Origin: Anaeramoeba ignava BMAN
Taxonomy: Eukaryota > Protista > Anaeramoebae
NCBI GenBank assembly: GCA_028826165.1
Contig: JAPDFW010000059.1
Coordinates: forward strand, 868,001-932,000
DNA length: 64,000 bases
Direction: 5' to 3'
A model generated the notes under the pieces. That model was not told the origin of the DNA. It made no database searches and was given only the letters and a program-made list of their open reading frames with translations. Position 1 is the first letter of the stretch. The number at the start of each line of letters is the position of its first letter. Position numbers and translations under genes: made by a program. Below, piece by piece: positions 12,595 to 23,379 of the stretch.

Positions 12595-15500
12595 TTAATC
12601 TAAATCTGAAGATTCAGTAAAATGAGGATCAGATAAATCATCATCAAAAATAGAATTATTACAAAATTCAAGTTCATTTCCCAAAAAAGAAGCAACTATT
12701 TTGTTTTGTTTTGTTTTTTAAAAATATAAATATAAATTAAAATATTTTGATTTAAAAATAAAAATATAAATATAAATATAAATACTTATGTTGAATTGAC
12801 ATAATTTTTTAAACTTATAATATTCTAAAGATTGAATATAATGAAAAGAATCAGGAGAAGTAATATCAAAACAATCCTCAAAAAAGAATTCAGGTCCATC
12901 ATCAGTTTCTTTTGGAGATAAATTTTCTGGATTAAATAATCTTGAAAAGCGTTTTCTATAATGAGAATAAGTGTTCTCATTTTTCCTGTAATTTTTAATA
13001 GTTTTACGAAGTTTTTGAATATGTTCTTTTGCTCTTTTAACTTTTTTCTTTTTTCCTTGAAGAAATTTTTTGACATCTTCTTTTGGCCAATCTAAATAAT
13101 AGAAATTTGGATTATTTTGTAATGCATAAACAAATTCTTGCAAGCTCATAATAGTATTATCATTATTATCCACTTTTAAAATTTGTATTTTGCAATTTAC
13201 ATTTGATATTTTTTGAGATAATTGTTTTAAAAGTATTTCTCCAAGTTTATTTTGTGAAATGTCTAATTTTTTGAGTCGAGTTTTTTCAATTGATCCAAAA
13301 ATTTGAATTTGAGAGGGAAATGATTGATTTAAACTGCCTCGAATTCTCAAGCATTCCAATCCATTTTGAAGAAACAATTTTGAAAATGAATATTCAATCA
13401 TGTGTTTTTCCTTTTTTTTAGTAACAGGTAAAAATGATCGAGAAATTGATATTCTTTTTAAAGATTGATTGAATACTAAATCTTTGGTATCAATTTCTGG
13501 TTGAATATATTCATCATTTTGTTGGAATGCTAATGAACTAAGTGAATAAAGAGAAAATTTTGAGTTATCAATTTCGATATCCATTTCATTTTCAAATTCA
13601 GTTTCCATATCATCATCATTTTCATCATCATTTTCATAATCATCATCATTTTCATTTTCATTTGAATTTTCATTTTCATTTGAATTTTGATTAATTTCAA
13701 CAGGTTTTGTTGGTTCTTTTTCTTTATTTTCTTTATTTTCTTGATTTTCTTGATTTTCTTGATTTGTTTGAATTTTCTTGATTTTCTTGATTGTTTGAAT
13801 TTTCTTCTTCAATAACTCCTTTTAATCTTGGTTGTGTTACTTTTCTTTTTTGATTCCCTAATATCTTTTGATCTGAACGAACTAAAATTGCTAATCCAAA
13901 TGGTTTCAAAAAACAATCATCAATTACTAACTCCTCAAGCGAATTTGATTCTTTACTTGATTCAAAAATTTTGGAAATTGATTCTGCTCCTGTTGATCCT
14001 AATCGATTTCCACTTAAATTAAGACAAATTCCTGAAAGATTTGAATTGGATAAAATTGCACTTAAAACTTGTGCTGCTGAATTTCTTATCAGATTTAATT
14101 TGGATAAATTAAGAAACTTGATAGTAGTTAATTTTTTAATCATATTTAAAATTGAAGATAATGAGTTTTTTTGAATACGATTTTGAGATAAATCCAGAAA
14201 AAGAAGATGATCTGTGGATAAATAATCTGCAATTGCTTGAGAAACAATGTTCCATTTCAAAGAACAATTCGATAAATTCAAATACTCCAAAAATTTATGT
14301 TTTGAAGAAATACTTTCATTTGAATTTTCATTTTGATATAATTGATGAGTATTTTTCAACCAATTTGCAAAAGCAGAAGAGCCAGATTCACCAAAGTTAT
14401 TATGAGATAAATTAAGATAAGTTATGATTTTATGTCTTGGATTTGCTGATAAGGCTGAAAATAATTTGGATATTGATGATGAGTTCATTTGACAAAAAGA
14501 TAAATCCAAATGGGTTAGTGAACTTTTCATTTGAGAAATTCCATCATAAAAACCAGAACTCATAGCACTTTCTGGGAAATTATTAAGAGAAAGATCTAAA
14601 TAGTTGATATTTATGCTGGAGTTATTTGCAAGAGCTTTTCCTAATTCAGCAAATCCAATATCATTTTGAGCACCAGAAATTATTACTTTGCTAATTTTTG
14701 AATTTGTTTTAAAAATTGAAGTAAATGATTTAAGTGTATCTTTTTTCAGAATATTATCAACAATAAATCCTTCAAAATATTTATTGTATTTTAAAGTTTT
14801 GATTAAAGAACTAAGCATTTTTGTGTCTTGAATCAAATCATTTACTCCTTGGAAATTTGATAAATTAAAAATAGTTCTTTGTGATTCGAGTTCATGATTA
14901 AGAATTTCATTTAAAATATATTTGATAAATTCTTCATTTGGAGAAACTTGATAATAATTACACCAAGATCTATATAAATTAACAAAACCGGAAGCAACAA
15001 AAGGTTCTTTTATTTTATTTTTTAAATTGAAATTTTTAATTTGAATTTTTTAAAAGAAATTTTTTAAAAGAAATTTTTTTAATTTGAAATTTTTTTAATT
15101 TGAAATTTTTTAATTTGAAATTTTTTAATTTGAAATTTTTTAAAAGAAATAATCAAACCAGGATTAAAACAAGCAGATCTAAAAAAAGAATAAGAAAAAA
15201 GCAAAAATTTTTTTAATTTAATTTAATTTGAATTTAATTTTAATTTAATCTAATTTAATTTAATTTAATTTAATTTGAATTTAATTTAATTTGAATTTAA
15301 TTTGAATTTAATTTAATCTAATTTAATTTAATTTAATTTGAATTTAATTAGATTAAATTAAATTTACATTTCAGGTATTTTTGTTGTAAATTTAAATGTT
15401 CTATTTTTTGATAATTGAGTTCCAAATTTTGAAAAATTTAAAAAAATTGTTTGAAGAATTTGTGGAATTTTATCAGAAAAACAAAGAAGAATAAACTTTT

Positions 15501-16319
15501 CAAAAATGAATTGAATCTAAAAAATGAAAGAGAATTTAAAAGTAATAATAAAAATAACAATAAAATTTTTTTTTTAAATGAATTTAATTTAATTTTTTAC
15601 TTTTTTTTCTTCTAAAACATTAATTTCTTTTAAAGAAAAGAAATGGATATTTCGACAAATCTAAAAATTAGATTAATTTATAATTTTGAAATGAATTTTA
15701 ATTTTAATTTTGATTTTAATTTTGAAATTAATTTTAATTTTAATTTTAATTTTAATTTTAATTTTAATTTTAATTTTGAAATGAATTTTAATTTTAAAAT
15801 GAATTTTAATTTTGAAATTAATTTTGAAATGAATTTTAATTTTAATTTTGAAATGAATTTTAATTTTAAAATGAATTTTAATTTTGAAATGAATTTTAAT
15901 TTTAATTTTAATTTTAATTTTGAAATGAATTTTAATTTTAATTTTAATTATAATTTTGAAATGAATTTTAATTTTGAAATGAATTTTAATTTTAATTTTG
16001 AAATGAATTTTAATTTTAATTATAATTTTAATTTTAATTTTAATTTTAATTTTAATTTTAAATTTAATTTTAAATTTTAATTTTAATTTTGATTTTGAAA
16101 TGAATTTTATATTACTTGATATTTAAAATGTGCTTTTCTCTTCCCAATTGTTATTAAACGATAATTTGTAATAACAAGTATTCGATCCTCAAATTTCTTT
16201 TTTGATTTTTGTTTTCTAACCCAAGTTGAAAAAGAAATTTTTTCATTTAAATTTTCAATAAAATTATTAACAAGAGAATTATCTTCAGGAATAAAAGATT
16301 TAAACTCTTGAATTGACAT
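12595..16319 (-). CDS. CARMIL-like PH + LRR protein, paralog 1; exons ~16319-16116, 15660-15601, 15516-15368, 15178-15159, 15006-12786 (one +1 frameshift at ~13764), 12695-12595
   Basis: N-terminal PH-like EDRILVITNYRL, SGFVNLYRSWCNYY linker motif, ALKYNKYF-type motif, RNI-like LRRs (LDLSLN, LNLSHN, LDISQN). Confidence 0.8.
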
Positions 16320-16482
16320 TGTTTTATTTTGTTTTGTTTTGTTTTGTTTTGTTTTGTTTTGTTTTATTTTGTTTTATTTTGTTGTTTTGTTTTGTTTTTT
16401 TTTTTGTTTTGTTTTATTTTGTTTTTGAAATGAAAAAAAAAAAATGAAAAAAATTTTTTCATTTTTTTCTTTTTTAAAATAA

Positions 16483-16926
16483 ATGAATCAAATTAATAAT
16501 CATCAAGATATCGAAGAATTAATTTACTCTTGGTTAAATATTGAATACTGTTATTGTTATACACTTGATTGGAGTCCAATTTTCTTAATAACAAGAGCAT
16601 TGCAGTCATATTTCATTAAAAAAATACATCAAAGAATGAATGCATTTAATTCAGGATTAATAATAACACTTTTTAATCTTCCTTTCTTTGTTTTCCATCT
16701 TGTTCAACCACCTATTCAAACACCAGCAAATGAACAGAAAACTTTCTTAATAATCAATTTCTTTGACTCAAATAGTTATAAACCTAGTTCGTTGCATTTG
16801 TTCATTTTGGATCTTGTTATTTTGTTAATGCAATATCTTCTTGTTTATTTTAGATACAAACAAAATGTTGCTACCGTTTCTTCTCCTGAAGAAGATATGA
16901 ATGATTTGATGCAATTATTTATTTAG
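16483..16926 (+). CDS. Small membrane protein, DUF1746/Dsc4-like
   Basis: YCYTLDWSPIFLITRALQ, LIINFF and LFILDLVILLMQ match the recalled DUF1746 pattern; hydrophobic segments; TCATTT motif upstream. Confidence 0.55.
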   Translation: MNQINNHQDIEELIYSWLNIEYCYCYTLDWSPIFLITRALQSYFIKKIHQRMNAFNSGLIITLFNLPFFVFHLVQPPIQTPANEQKTFLIINFFDSNSYKPSSLHLFILDLVILLMQYLLVYFRYKQNVATVSSPEEDMNDLMQLFI

Positions 16927-17127
16927 GAATACTCACTTTGGAAATGATTATTAAATTTTCTCTTTTTTTTTTCTTGATTAAAAAATGTTCTTTTTGAATT
17001 TTGAATTTTGATTTTTCAATTTTGAATTTTTTGGAAATTTGTTTTAAATTTTCAAATAAAAATTGCATTAAAAAAAATTTTTTGATTCTTTTTCCATTTT
17101 TCATTTTTCCCATTTTTAAAAAATTAA

Positions 17128-20010
17128 ATGGAATCAAATCAAATATTTTCCAAAAAGCTTGATTTTAATTTTGATTTTATTCAATTTTGTCTTTCTTTAA
17201 ATCAAAATGATCTTCAAAAAACACTTCTTTTCATTTCTAATCAAGAAAAATCTCAAAAATTAAAAGAATTAGTTAATTCGTTTCAAATTAAAGAAAATGA
17301 AAATGAAAATGAAATAATTGTTCAAAATATTGAAGAAAGTATTGAAAATAAAAATGTTATTCAAGTTTCAAAATATATGGAAATTTTGGAAAATTTAAAC
17401 AAGTTTCAATTATTTGTGGATGAATTTGAATTGAATTCATTGCTTCATTTTGCTTGTTTAAAAAATTCTGGATTGGAAATTATTAAATTGCTGATTGAAA
17501 ATGGAGCAAATATTAATTTTACTAATTTTCACAAACAAAATACTCTCCATATTGCTTGTCAAAATGGAAATTCTCCGGATGTTATTCAATTCATACTAGA
17601 AAATAAACCTAGAATCAATAAAGATGCATTTAATTGCACTCCTCTTATTTATGCACTTTCTAAAAATCCAAACCATCAAGTTATTGAATTGTTGTTGAAA
17701 TTTGGAGAAAATTTGAAAATCAAAGTAGAATAACCAAAAAATAAATTTATAAAGAATAATCTATAATCAAAAATTAAAATTATATCTTTAGTTTCAAAAA
17801 ATGTCTCTTTTATTTTATGCTATTAAAAATAGAGCTGACTCAAAAACATTGCAAGTTTTGGTTAATTATGGTGCTGATTTAAAAGAAATTTTTAGCGACA
17901 AAACAGCAATTGATTTCGCCATTTTGAATCAAAACTCTTTGGAAGTTATTCAATTTCTTCACAAAAATGGGGTTGATATTAAAAGGAAATCAAAAGCAAA
18001 TTATAATTGTCTACATTTTTTCATTTTGAAAAAATTAGAATCAAAAGAAATTTGTCAATTTCTCATTTCTCAAGGAATAGATGTTTTGGATCCAATAAAT
18101 CCCCCACTCGAAACAGCTTTGGAAAAAGGAGTTGATGAAAATATTCTGGGAATAATGCTCTCAAAAGTTACTAAAGAGAAAATGAACGAATTCACTGAAA
18201 AGAAAAAACCAAATATTTTCTTGAATCTCGCACTTTCCTTTTCAACAAAATACGAAATTATTCAATTATTAATTCAACTTGGATGTCCAATTAATGGAGT
18301 GGATAAAAAGTGGAAAACACCTCTTCATTTAGCTCTTGAAAATGGAGCAGATTTCCAAAAAATCCAATTACTAATTAATTCGGGAGCATCAATCAACTTT
18401 CAATCCAAATCGAGAAATCATCTTTGTAATTCAATATTATCAACTGCAATTACATCTTTCAGGGATTTAGATATTATCAATTTAGTTATTGATTCAGGAG
18501 CGGAAATTCTTGATCAAGATATGGTTATTGCTTTCCAGAAAAATTATCCAGTATTTTTATATCTTTCCAAAATCAATCCAAATTTTAGTTTTGAAAAGAA
18601 TTTGTGGGATTTGATTAATCGCAACTCAAATCTAAATGATGAAAAAATCAAATTTGTTGTGGATCACATGAAAGATGTCAATCACAAAACAACAAATCAA
18701 GAAAACATTTTGCATTTGTTATGCCAATTACCTCCTGTTTCACCTCAAATATTTGAATATGTGATTTTAAAGGGAGTTGATTTGAATTCCCTGAATTTGT
18801 ATTCAAGAGCACCCTTTTATAATTTATTTACTTATTACAATTCAGATCAAATCATTGAAATTCTACCAATTTTCCTTCATTTTGGGATGGATTTAAATTA
18901 TTATATTCGTAATATGAACTCCTTTCTGTCTGATTTGACTCAAAGCTGTTTAGATTATAAGTGTTGGAAATTGATTTTACCAAAATTGGGTTTGATTATT
19001 AATTGATTTAAATTCAAATTCAAATTCAAATTCAAATTCAAATTCAAATTCAAATTTTTGATTTTTATTTAGATGTTGTTGATCCTCTGGATGAAATTTT
19101 GATTTCTCCATTTGATCATGAAGTGTTTTATTTAAAAACTCTATCTTCTGTTTGTTATTCAAGTGTTGATTTGGATAAAACACTCAAAATTGTTGATGTT
19201 TTTCAAGCATACACAAGTTTTTGTGATGATTTTATGAAATTATTCAAATTGCAATTTCTTACAGATTTGGAAATTACATTTTTGGATGGAGATTTTGTTA
19301 AAATTCATAAGTTGATTTTATCAGCAAGAATTGGAGAAGATCGAATTGAGAGATTTATTGAATTTTGTGCAAAAAAAACACAAAGAGATTTGAAGTTTTT
19401 GTTTCAATGGATTTATTCAGGATCTTTTTTTGATCTTGAATATGAAAAATTATTATTTGATGATTTTGAAAAATTTTGTGAAGAAAAAAAGCAATTTGTG
19501 TATGAAATTAATGAAAAACACGATGAAGTAATGCAAAGTATTTCAGATGAAAGGAAAAATAACTTCAACTCGGTTTTGAATAGTTTAATTGAAATGGGAA
19601 TAATCAAAAATCAAGAAGAATTATTTGGTAAATCAAAAGTGGATGGATTAAGAAAAGATATCCAAAAATTATTTTATCAAGATGAATCAAAAGATTTCTC
19701 AATCATTTCAGAAAAAGAAGAAGTTAAGGCTCACAAAATAATTTTAGCTGCTCGTTCATATTTGTTTTATGGGATGTTTTTAAATGTGGATGATGATTCA
19801 AATCGAGTGAATGATTACAGTGGGAAAAGTAAAAAATCAATTGAACAAATTGTGAAATTTTTATATTTTGACAGAATTGATCAAAATATCCAGGAAAAAA
19901 ATATCGAAGAGTTGGAAGATGCAGATAAATATTATCAATTTAATGAGAAATCTATTTTCCCATTACTTTTAGAAGGATTCAAGATGGTACAACAAAAAAA
20001 AATTTTGTGA
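17128..20010 (+). CDS. Ankyrin-repeat protein with two C-terminal BTB/POZ domains; exons 17128-17724, 17792-18989, 19073-20010
   Basis: Ankyrin motifs LLHFAC, TLHIAC, TPLIYA, TPLHLA; BTB motifs KIHKLILSAR and KAHKIILAARSYLF; both introns join in phase. Confidence 0.9.
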
Positions 20011-20086
20011 ATTGAAAAAAATTTTTTTCCGATTTTTGATTTTCATTTTCTCTTTTTCTTTTCATTTTGTTTTTTTTTTTGTCAAA

Positions 20087-20766
20087 ATGGAAACTGAAAA
20101 AACTGAATTACTTTTCAAAGTGATTGTTGTTGGAGATCCAGGAGTAGGAAAAACAAGTTATATCAAGAAATTAGTTGAACAAAAATTTAATCCAAATGAA
20201 AAAACAACAATAGGAGTTGATTTCCAAGTGAAAACATTAAAAGAAGAAAATAAATTACTTCAACTCCAAATGTGGGGTAGTTATTTCTTAATAAAAAACA
20301 TTACAAATAAATAAAATAACTCAAATGCGTTTTGTTTCTTTTAGATATTGCAGGAAATCCCAATTTTATATCAGTTACACATAATTTTTATAAAGGCGCA
20401 AGTGGCGCTTTCTTAGTTTTTGATGTTAGTGATATCAAAACTTTCAATAGAATATCTAATTGGAAGGATGATATTGATGAGAAAATTCAAATCAATGGTG
20501 AAAAAATTCCTGTTTTTCTTTTGGGTAATAAATGTGATCTTGAAAGCAAAGTTCGTGTTGATCTCCAACAATTCGCTCGATTGAATGGTTTTGTCGGTTT
20601 TGATTTTGTTTCTGCTAAAAAAGGAAATAATGTTGATGAAACAGCTGAAAAAATGGCTAAAATTCTTTGTGAAAATGCAAACACTCCAATTCATGAAATT
20701 AAAATTCATGATGAGAATTTTGTTGATTTTGAGAATCCTAAAAAGAAAAAAGAAAAATGTTGTTAA
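20087..20766 (+). CDS. Rab GTPase, Rab32/38/29-like; intron 20277-20344
   Basis: GDPGVGKTS, TTIGVDF, WDIAG (Rab32-type), NKCD, SAK, C-terminal CC. Confidence 0.88.
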
Positions 20767-20845
20767 TTTTAATTAAAAATTAAATAAACAAAATTAAATA
20801 AACAAAAATTTTTTTTTTTTTTCTTAATTTTTTGCTTTTTTATTT

Positions 20846-21046
20846 TTTTCTTTTCTTTAAAAACAAAACAAAAACAAAACAAAAAACAAAAAAGGTTTTT
20901 TTCTTTTAATTTTATTTTTAAAATTATTTCCATAAGAAAAACCATAAAGAAAATGAAAGAAAATTAATTAATAAATTAATTCCTAATAGTTCAATTAAGA
21001 GATTGTTATTCATTTTCTCTTATATACATGAAATTAGGGAATATTT
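20846..21046 (+). ncRNA. Putative H/ACA-like RNA, copy A
   Basis: 3' hairpin TTCCTAAT/ATTAGGGA with an internal loop and upper stem TAAGAGA/TCTCTTA, followed by ATA-TTT; upstream GGTTTTT/AAAAACC stem; similar to copy B. Confidence 0.45.
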
Positions 21047-21511
21047 TGAAGTCTATTTACAAAACCAAAACACAAAACAAAACAAAAACAAAATAAAACA
21101 AAACAAAACAAAACAAAACAAAACACAAAAACAAAACAAAACAAAAACAAATTACAAATTAAAAAGTGGAATAAAAGAAAAATATTATTTAATATTTAAA
21201 TTAATATTTAATATTTAAATTAATATTTAAATTAATATTTAATATTTAAATTAATATTTAATATTTAATATTTAATATTTAAATTAATATTTAAATTAAT
21301 ATTTAATATTTAATATTTAAATTAATATTTAATATCTAATATTTAATATTTAATATTTAATATTTAATATTTAAATTAATATTTAAATTAATATTTAAAT
21401 TAATATTTAAATTAATATTTAAATTAATATTTAAATTAATATTTAAATTAATATTTAATATTTAATATCTAAAAATTTGGAATAAAAGACATTGATTTTC
21501 CTTGTTTTTTC

Positions 21512-21703
21512 ATTTTTTTCTTTTTAAACGGTTTTTGATTTTAATTAAATTTTCTTCTATCCAAAAAATTTAATTAAAATCATTATCAATTCTTTTATTG
21601 ATAAAAAAAACCAAGAAGAAAATAAAATAAAGATAAATTATTCCTTTGGTTCAAGTAAGGGAAATTAAACTACTTTCTCTTATATAGGCTTTAGGAAACA
21701 TTT
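21512..21703 (+). ncRNA. Putative box H/ACA RNA, copy B (~190 nt)
   Basis: Branched 5' domain; H-box AGATAA at 21631; hairpin TTCCT/AGGAA with pocket and upper stem TAAGGGAAA/TTTCTCTTA; ACA at 21698 plus 3 nt; pocket-to-ACA distance 14-15 nt. Confidence 0.6.
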
Positions 21704-22083
21704 TCATAAATTAAATTAAATTAAATTAAGTTAAAAAAAGTGGAATTTGATTTTAATTTTGATTTTAATTTTGATTTTAATTTTGATTTTGATTTTGATT
21801 TTGATTTTGATTTTGATTTTGATTTTAATTTTGATTTTAATTTTAATTTTGATTTTGATTTTGATTTTGATTTTGATTTTGAATTTGATTTTTGAATTTG
21901 ATTTTAATTTTTCATTTTTCATTTTAATTTTAATTTTAATTTTAATTTTAAATTTGATTTTGATTTTAATTTTAATTTTAATTTTAATTTTAATTTTTCA
22001 TTTTTCATTTTTCATTTTTTCATTTTTCATTTTTCATTTTTTCATTTTTTCATTTGTTTTTAAAATAAAATATTTATAAAATA

Positions 22084-23106
22084 ATGACAGATAGTTGCGA
22101 TAGTGAATACGATAATCCAGGAAGTATCAAAGACTTCGGGTCATTTTTTGTTAAAATGTCAGGAGTACAAATAGCATTAGGAATCTGTGTAGCATTAGGT
22201 TCAGTTGGGTCATACATTCCTCAATGGATCAAAATATTTCGAAAAAACTCAGTTGTAGGAATCAGTGTATTCACGATATTTTTAACGACAATCAACCAAT
22301 TCTTGTCAACAGTCAACGTTTCCATTTTTCGTTTTCCAGTTCTTTTAGGATGTTCTCAATATGGATTCCATCAATGCGGTTCTGCATTGCTGGGTTTTAT
22401 TCAGATTGTTGGATTGTGGCTTATTTATTTCCCAATTTTTCAGTTATTTTTATTATATCATGGATTGGATTCAAATCAAAATCCGTTAACGGATAAAAAA
22501 CTCAAAAAAGAATATCTTTTGGCTTGGATTTTATATATAATTGTGATTGTTTTGGATCTTGTTTTAGTATTTGTTTCCGTTTATACAATTGCCAAACTAG
22601 GCGCTTGTAATAGCAAAACAAGAATGTTTGCAAAATTTATTGGATATATTGGTTCATTCAACAATTTTTTCCAATATTTGCCTCAAATTTATAAAACTTA
22701 CAAAATGAAAACTGCCGGGTCTTATTCAATTCCTACTCTTCTTATTCAAGCTCCTGGCGGTTTGGTCAATGTTTATTTTCTTGCTTTTGTTGCAAAAGAG
22801 AATATCTCAACTTGGCTGACTTATTTTTGTGCTGATATCCAACAATGGGTTCTTTTGATTTTGTTGCTCTATTATTTTTTTAAGGAAAAAAAACAACTCA
22901 AGATCAAAAAAAATCTTGAAAATCAAAGTGAAAATAAAGTTGATTTTGAAGAAGATGAAGATCAAATTGAAAATCAAAATAAAATTCAAAATAAAATCCA
23001 AAATGAAATTGAAATTGAAACTGAAACTGAAAACGAAACTCAAAAATTATTGAATCGTAAAGATGATGGAATTGATTTTTCTTTAGAAAAAGGAAAGATT
23101 AATTAA
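22084..23106 (+). CDS. PQ-loop repeat seven-TM transporter
   Basis: Two PQ motifs (SYIPQWIKI..GIS; QYLPQIYKTY..GSYS), hydrophobic helices, acidic tail with a dileucine-like ETQKLL. Confidence 0.9.
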   Translation: MTDSCDSEYDNPGSIKDFGSFFVKMSGVQIALGICVALGSVGSYIPQWIKIFRKNSVVGISVFTIFLTTINQFLSTVNVSIFRFPVLLGCSQYGFHQCGSALLGFIQIVGLWLIYFPIFQLFLLYHGLDSNQNPLTDKKLKKEYLLAWILYIIVIVLDLVLVFVSVYTIAKLGACNSKTRMFAKFIGYIGSFNNFFQYLPQIYKTYKMKTAGSYSIPTLLIQAPGGLVNVYFLAFVAKENISTWLTYFCADIQQWVLLILLLYYFFKEKKQLKIKKNLENQSENKVDFEEDEDQIENQNKIQNKIQNEIEIETETENETQKLLNRKDDGIDFSLEKGKIN

Positions 23107-23379
23107 TTAATTTCTTTTGTTTCTCTTCTTTATTATTATTATAATTTTTAATTAATAACTAATTAACTTTTAAAAATAAATTTTCTTTTAAATTTTATTC
23201 CAAATTTCATTTGATTCTGGAAATTTATTTTATTGTGTTTTCTTCTTTAAAAAACAAAGCAAAAACAAAGCAAAAACAAAACTAAGTCAAAAAAAAATAT
23301 TAATATAATATAATTAATATTAATATTAAAATTATAATTATAATTATAATATTTTTTTTTTTTTGGGAATTAATGGAAA

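Noticed and set aside
20846-21703. ncRNAs as tRNA, snR30/U17 or telomerase RNA
   Set aside because: GTTCAA is present but there is no cloverleaf; AAACCA and TATTCC-like motifs are in the wrong order and position for snR30; no CUAACCC-type template.
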